From: an uncultured Bacteroidales bacterium
Lineage (GTDB): Bacteria > Bacteroidota > Bacteroidia > Bacteroidales > UBA932
Assembly (NCBI GenBank): GCA_945487035.1
Contig: CALYTI010000008.1
Coordinates: forward strand, 240 to 64,239
Direction: 5' to 3'
Length of the DNA: 64,000 bases
This document shows, in pieces, positions 59,702-64,000 of the stretch. The position numbers and the translations under genes were made by a program. The notes beneath the pieces were generated by a model. That model was not told the DNA's origin and did no database searches. It saw nothing but the letters and a program-made list of their open reading frames with translations. Every line of letters begins with the position of its first letter. Position 1 is the stretch's first letter.

Positions 59702-60877
59702 ATGGCAGAAAAGAGAGATTATTATGAAGTACTGGGGCTCCAGAAGGGGGCTTCAGAGGATGATATAAAACAGGCCTACCGCAAGGCGGCCCTGAAGTGG
59801 CACCCTGACCGTTGGGTCAGCGGTACCGATGCTGAGAAGAAGACAGCTGAAGAGAAGTTCAAGGAAGCTTCCGAGGCATATTCCGTACTCAGCGACAAGG
59901 ACAAGAGGGCACGTTACGACCAGTTCGGCTTTGCCGGGGTTGACGGAGCTGCCGGGGGAGCCGGCGGTTTCAGCGGATTCGAAAGTATGGGCCTGGACGA
60001 TTTGCTGAAGAATATCTTCGGCGGTTTCGGTTTCGGAGGAGGCAGCTTCGGTTTCGGAGGCTCCTCTTCGGGTTCAGGCAGCCGGGTGCTTCGCGGAAGG
60101 GATATCCGCACGCGCGTGCGCCTTACTCTTGAGGAAATAGCAAACGGTTGCACCAAGGAAGTGACCATCGAGCGCAGCCGTCCCTGCCCGGACTGCAACG
60201 GACGCGGGGCCCGCAGCGAGAGCGATGTGAAGACCTGCCCGACCTGCAAGGGACGCGGTCAGGTAGAGCACGCTACCAATTCCATTTTCGGAAGGATGAT
60301 GACTACTTCGACCTGCCCGCAGTGCAATGGTGAAGGCCGCATAGTGACCAATCCTTGCAGCAAATGCGGAGGCACCGGACTTGTGCGCAAGCGCGAGACA
60401 GTCACCGTGCGCATTCCTGCCGGAGTTGAGAACGGCATGCAGCTTACTATGCGCGGTGAGGGTCATAGTGCTCCGCGCGGCGGTGTGAACGGAGACCTGC
60501 TGATTGTGATTGAGGAGGTCGAAAACGCACAGATCAAGCGCGACGGCAACAACCTGTTCTGTACCAAGGTGATTTCCGTTGCGGATGCTATCCTGGGATG
60601 TGAGGTGACAATTCCTACCATTGACGGAGGGCAGAAGCTCAGGCTCGCTCCGGGAACGCAGAGTGGACATGTGGAGAAACTTCGCGGCAAGGGTATGCCT
60701 TCCGTAAACGGCTACGGCAGGGGAGACCTCTATGTGAAGATTTTGGTTTGGATTCCGCGCAAGCTTGACAAACAGTCCAAAGAGGCTGTGGAGCGAATGA
60801 AGGCTATCGGAGTGACCGAGCCGGATCCAAATCGCGACGATAAGGCCCTCTTCGAAAAAGAAGCGCAATATTTTTAG
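59702..60877 (+). CDS. dnaJ: Chaperone DnaJ
   Basis: DYYEVLG, HPD, G/F region, four CxxCxGxG repeats. Confidence 0.97.
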   Translation: MAEKRDYYEVLGLQKGASEDDIKQAYRKAALKWHPDRWVSGTDAEKKTAEEKFKEASEAYSVLSDKDKRARYDQFGFAGVDGAAGGAGGFSGFESMGLDDLLKNIFGGFGFGGGSFGFGGSSSGSGSRVLRGRDIRTRVRLTLEEIANGCTKEVTIERSRPCPDCNGRGARSESDVKTCPTCKGRGQVEHATNSIFGRMMTTSTCPQCNGEGRIVTNPCSKCGGTGLVRKRETVTVRIPAGVENGMQLTMRGEGHSAPRGGVNGDLLIVIEEVENAQIKRDGNNLFCTKVISVADAILGCEVTIPTIDGGQKLRLAPGTQSGHVEKLRGKGMPSVNGYGRGDLYVKILVWIPRKLDKQSKEAVERMKAIGVTEPDPNRDDKALFEKEAQYF

Positions 60878-60991
60878 AAAATTTTTTGAAATTCTTTTGT
60901 AATTTCAGGGAAAAGGATTACCTTTGCAATCCCAATTCAGCAGCCTCTCTTCGAACGGTTTGATGACGCTGCGATTATTTGAAATAAGAAT

Positions 60992-61366
60992 ATGGACGCT
61001 ATTAAGATTGTAGAGCAGGCCTTCTCTCAGAACAAGGCAGCTCAGTATCCTGAGTTCAAGGCCGGTGATACTGTTACGGTTACTTACCGAATCAAGGAGG
61101 GAGACAAGGAACGTCTCCAGAAGTTCAGAGGTGTAGTTCTCCAGATTTCAGGAGCAACTCCTTTCACCAGGACTTTCACAGTTCGCAAGGTTTCCAGCGG
61201 TGTTGGTGTAGAAAGGATTTTCCCTTACGAGTCACCATTCATCGAGTCAATTGAGCTCAACAAGGTCGGTAAGGTACGCCGCGCACGCATCTTCTACCTC
61301 CGCAACCTGGCCGGTAAGAAGGCCCGCATCAGGGAGAAGAGAGTACTTGCCGCAAAGGATGAATAA
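60992..61366 (+). CDS. rplS: 50S ribosomal protein L19
   Basis: FKAGDTVTV, FTVRKVSSGVGVERIFP, GKVRRARIFYLR. Confidence 0.97.
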   Translation: MDAIKIVEQAFSQNKAAQYPEFKAGDTVTVTYRIKEGDKERLQKFRGVVLQISGATPFTRTFTVRKVSSGVGVERIFPYESPFIESIELNKVGKVRRARIFYLRNLAGKKARIREKRVLAAKDE

Positions 61367-61371
61367 TTAAT

Positions 61372-61390
61372 CTTGGGGTTTGCCCCCAAG
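61372..61390 (+). other. Short hairpin between rplS and tRNA-Arg
   Basis: CTTGGGG-TTTGC-CCCCAAG; no U-tract, so probably not a strong terminator. Confidence 0.5.
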
Positions 61391-61395
61391 TACTT

Positions 61396-61472
61396 GGCTC
61401 CTTAGCTCAACTGAATAGAGCATCTGACTACGGATCAGAAGGTTACAGGTTTGAATCCTGTAGGGGTCACCA
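61396..61472 (+). tRNA. tRNA-Arg(ACG)
   Basis: GGCTCCTTAGCTCAACTGAATAGAGCA-TCTGACT-ACG-GATCAGA-AGGTTACAGGTTTGAATCCTGTAGGGGTCACCA; CCA encoded. Confidence 0.97.
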
Positions 61473-61683
61473 GAGCAGACAATCTGCACGGAAAATTCCG
61501 CAACACTGTTGCGGAATTTTTTTGTGTCTACAGGTGCGTGGAAAGCTTGCTTTCCAAAGCACCTGAAGGCACAAAAAGGAAGTTATGCAGGCTCTGCCTG
61601 CATAACTTTCCGTGCAAGATTGTCTGCCGTGACCCCGTCTCAGGACGAGCGGCGCCCCGCGCCGCTAATCCTGTAGGGGTCAC
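61454..61683. mobile_element. Small non-coding structured insertion bounded by a 17-bp direct repeat of the tRNA 3' end
   Basis: AATCCTGTAGGGGTCAC at 61454-61470 and 61667-61683; the interior is nested inverted repeats. Confidence 0.6.
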
Positions 61684-61685
61684 GG

Positions 61686-61720
61686 AAAAAGAGGTCGACT
61701 AAAGGTCGGCCTCTTTTTTT
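61686..61720 (+). terminator. Rho-independent, likely bidirectional, terminator
   Basis: AAAAA-GAGGTCGAC-TAAAG-GTCGGCCTC-TTTTTTT. Confidence 0.8.
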
Positions 61721-61899
61721 ATTAGCGGAGCTCCGCAGCGGCAACAGCATGCCGCATTGCTGCGCATCCGCTCGGCGGCATTATAATACTATTTGCAGAC
61801 TAGCGTTATTCCAAATCCTTTGGTGAAACCACCCCCTCTAGAAGGCCCTCCAGAGCTCATTGCTCACCAAACGATTTGGCACAAGGGCTTCCGGTGTGT

Positions 61900-62107
61900 T
61901 TTCCGGTTTTCCCGATGTGTCACATTAGGAAGAAAATCGGCCTTCCACGCACTTTCAGCTCCCGATGTATCACATCAGGAAATGCCCTACCTGCCTTCCA
62001 GGCTCCTCTGTGGCACTTTCCGGTTTTCCCGATGTGTGACATCAGGAAGAAAATCAGCCTTCTACGCAGTTTTAGCTCCTGATCTGTCACATCAGGAAGA
62101 GCCCTAA
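61900..62107. repeat. Tandem duplication (period 117 bp) carrying four 19-bp palindromes
   Basis: Variants of CCTGATGTG-T-CACATCAGG at about 61911, 61961, 62028 and 62078. Confidence 0.85.
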
Positions 62108-62376
62108 CAGCAAGTGTCAGCAAAAAGTGAGTGGTAGAGGTTGAGGAGGCGTGCTTTGGCGAGGTCTGACTGCGTGTGGTGTATGGCCCTACCCTAATCC
62201 GTACGGAAAAAGGGTGTATTTCCGTACGGTCGCGAAACGATGGTGTGAGCAGGGACACACTCGATGAAACACTACCTGGTTCGTGGCAAAGTTATTATTA
62301 GCTATCCATAACTCAGGAGAGTCTAAGAAAAAAGAATTAACTTCGTAGCAATTATCTGTCTTTACTCACAAAAAAG

Positions 62377-62428
62377 TGAACGGGTATCACCGGAATGCTG
62401 AACGGGTATCGTCCGGAATAAGTATTCA
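62377..62428 (-). mobile_element. IS21-family-like terminal repeat, remnant without transposase
   Basis: Reverse complement TGAATACTT-ATTCCGGACGATACCCGTTCA-GC-ATTCCGGTGATACCCGTTCA: 5'-TG end followed by tandem ~20-bp repeats. Confidence 0.55.
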
Positions 62429-62517
62429 ACCGAGTTTTAGCGCATCATTGACAAACAGGACTTGTGAAACAAATAATTATCGCTATATTTGCACTGTTAT
62501 AAATAGTATTTATAATC

Positions 62518-63450
62518 GTGCAAAATTTGGATAATATAATAGTTGCTGGAATTAAGATAGCCCTAAATGAGCGCGGGAGGGGTAGTCTAAAGGGAATTAC
62601 CGTGGATGATTCCATGAGGTACAATTTCTATGACTTCTCCTTCCAAGGTATTTCCATGCTTCTTCTTGTCTCCAAACTATCGAAGGAGACACCGCTGCAA
62701 TATCAAAGAAGGGCGGCGAGACTCAGCGCTGTTTTGAGGACACATATTGTATTCTACTTCGACCGTCTTGATTATTACGAGAAAAAAAGACTTCTGGAAA
62801 AGGGCGTGTACTATGTGGCGGGAGAGAATAATGCGTACCTTCCTACGTTACTTACCACACCTTCAACCAGAAGAAAAGCCGCTGGACACCTTTCGGCTTG
62901 CGGCCAGTACATTTTGCTGTCGCAATTACAGGGAAAGACAGTTGAAGGCAGTACAATTTCTTCCCTGGCCGAATGGATGCCTTACACATATGTAAGTATT
63001 GCAAAAGGCGTTCAGAACCTGGAAGACCTTTCTCTTGTTGCATCCAAGAAAAAGCCGGATGGGACAAAGGTGATTGCCTTCACAAAATCAGGACGGGAAT
63101 TATGGGAAGCGGCGAAGCCATTCATGGCCTCTCCTATAAAGAAGACGGTGTTTTGTGACGTGCTTCCTAGTGGAAAATATCCAGCGGCCGGCATTTCTGC
63201 TCTGTCTTCTTTCAGCAATCTTGCCGATGATGATACGCCTACAGTGGCCGTCTATGCAGGACGCTTCAAGGAGGTTGACTTTGGGGATGTGAATGGTTTT
63301 GACGGACGCTTCAAGGTGGAAATATGGAAATACCCACCAATCGGTGAAGATGCTGTGGACAAGCTGTCCCTGTATCTGTCTCTCGAAGAAGATCAGGATC
63401 CACGTGTGCATAAGGAAGTAGAACTTATGATAGAATCAATATGGAAATAG
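62518..63450 (+). CDS. wHTH-containing protein, AbiEi-antitoxin-like
   Basis: Central HTH (TISSLAEWMPYTYVSIAKGVQNLEDLSLV), ELWEAAKP, AGISAL, C-terminal VDKLSLYLSL..DQDPRV; TATATTTG box at 62484-62491; GTG start. Confidence 0.6.
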   Translation: MQNLDNIIVAGIKIALNERGRGSLKGITVDDSMRYNFYDFSFQGISMLLLVSKLSKETPLQYQRRAARLSAVLRTHIVFYFDRLDYYEKKRLLEKGVYYVAGENNAYLPTLLTTPSTRRKAAGHLSACGQYILLSQLQGKTVEGSTISSLAEWMPYTYVSIAKGVQNLEDLSLVASKKKPDGTKVIAFTKSGRELWEAAKPFMASPIKKTVFCDVLPSGKYPAAGISALSSFSNLADDDTPTVAVYAGRFKEVDFGDVNGFDGRFKVEIWKYPPIGEDAVDKLSLYLSLEEDQDPRVHKEVELMIESIWK

Positions 63451-64000
63451 TTTCTGGAATACAGCAATTTGAGAGAGCCTTTGCAACCTTCTCGGATTCA
63501 TTCATTGTTATTGGCGGCAGTGCGTGCCGTGCAGTACTTTCAGACGGGCCCATACAGCCTCGAAGAACTCGCGACATCGATATGGTACTCGTGCTCGAAA
63601 ATGTGGGGAAAGACTTCATCAGCGCTTTTTGGAAGTTCATTAAGGAGGGCGGTTACGAGTTTGCATCACGGAAGAATGCCGAGGGCGAGGTTAAATACGT
63701 TTTCTATAGCTTTGTGGGTGGTTCCGAAGGATATCCGAGCCAAATCGAGATTCTATCCAAGCCGGTAGGAGGAATCGGCCAACCTGCAGACTATCACATC
63801 GAATACATTGAAATCGATGAGGACTATTTCCACCTGTCTGCCATCATCCTTAATCCTGATTATTACGCATATCTGACTACGCATTACGTTGTACGCGAGG
63901 GAATCCGATATGCCTCGCCAGACTCGCTTATCTGCCTGAAGACGCTGGCTTATATGAACTTAAGTGCAGAAAGGGCAGCTGGGAAGCAGGTCAATTCCGA
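63441..64000 (+). CDS. Putative nucleotidyltransferase (AbiEii-like), runs off window end
   Basis: Hand translation from ATG 63441: MEIVSGIQQFERAFATFSDSFIVIGGSAC...PRRTRDIDMVLVLE...LICLKTLAY; GGxA + RxTxDxD is the Pol-beta NTase signature. Not in the ORF track because it is truncated. Confidence 0.75.
   Translation, partial: MEIVSGIQQFERAFATFSDSFIVIGGSACRAVLSDGPIQPRRTRDIDMVLVLENVGKDFISAFWKFIKEGGYEFASRKNAEGEVKYVFYSFVGGSEGYPSQIEILSKPVGGIGQPADYHIEYIEIDEDYFHLSAIILNPDYYAYLTTHYVVREGIRYASPDSLICLKTLAYMNLSAERAAGKQVNS

Noticed and set aside
59930-60080. GGTTTC repeats in dnaJ
   Set aside because: Normal G/F-rich region.
61627-61685. Second tRNA after tRNA-Arg
   Set aside because: Only the 17-bp 3' end is duplicated; no D-arm or anticodon arm.
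61900-62107. Possible CRISPR array
   Set aside because: Only four degenerate units, irregular spacing, the would-be spacers are themselves duplicated, and no cas genes are in the window.
61793-62258. Short ORFs over the palindrome array
   Set aside because: Translations merely echo the DNA repeat; no coding features.
63469-63768. 99-aa ORF in the track
   Set aside because: Out-of-frame shadow of the nucleotidyltransferase starting at 63441.

Overview
Chromosomal segment of a GC-rich, compact Bacteroidales genome. The assignment rests on a SusC/SusD locus, a short Bacteroidota-type RpoD and many TAnnTTTG -7 promoter boxes. Most of the window is housekeeping: pckA (partial), recQ, dcp, mtaB, folB, tamB, tsaD, cdd, mnmA, dnaQ-like, dnaN, degP-rpoD-argS, tex, potABCD, grpE-dnaJ and rplS, plus the SRP RNA, tRNA-Thr(CGT) and tRNA-Arg(ACG). 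There are four accessory regions. (i) 17.9-31.2 kb: an ECF/FecR-regulated SusC/D locus with two tandem GHL10-like hydrolases and a BACON-LamG-glycerophosphodiesterase. (ii) 15.5-16.5 kb: a 5'-truncated HATPase/wHTH regulator. (iii) 48.4-49.7 kb: an orphan beta-barrel gene followed by a repeat-rich spacer. (iv) From 61.47 kb: an insertion hotspot behind tRNA-Arg holding a highly structured ~200-bp element bounded by a 17-bp duplication of the tRNA 3' end, a palindrome array, an IS21-like end and an AbiE-like wHTH + nucleotidyltransferase pair running off the window. No CRISPR array or intact transposase/integrase was found. All product calls are from motif recognition by eye; no database searches were run.
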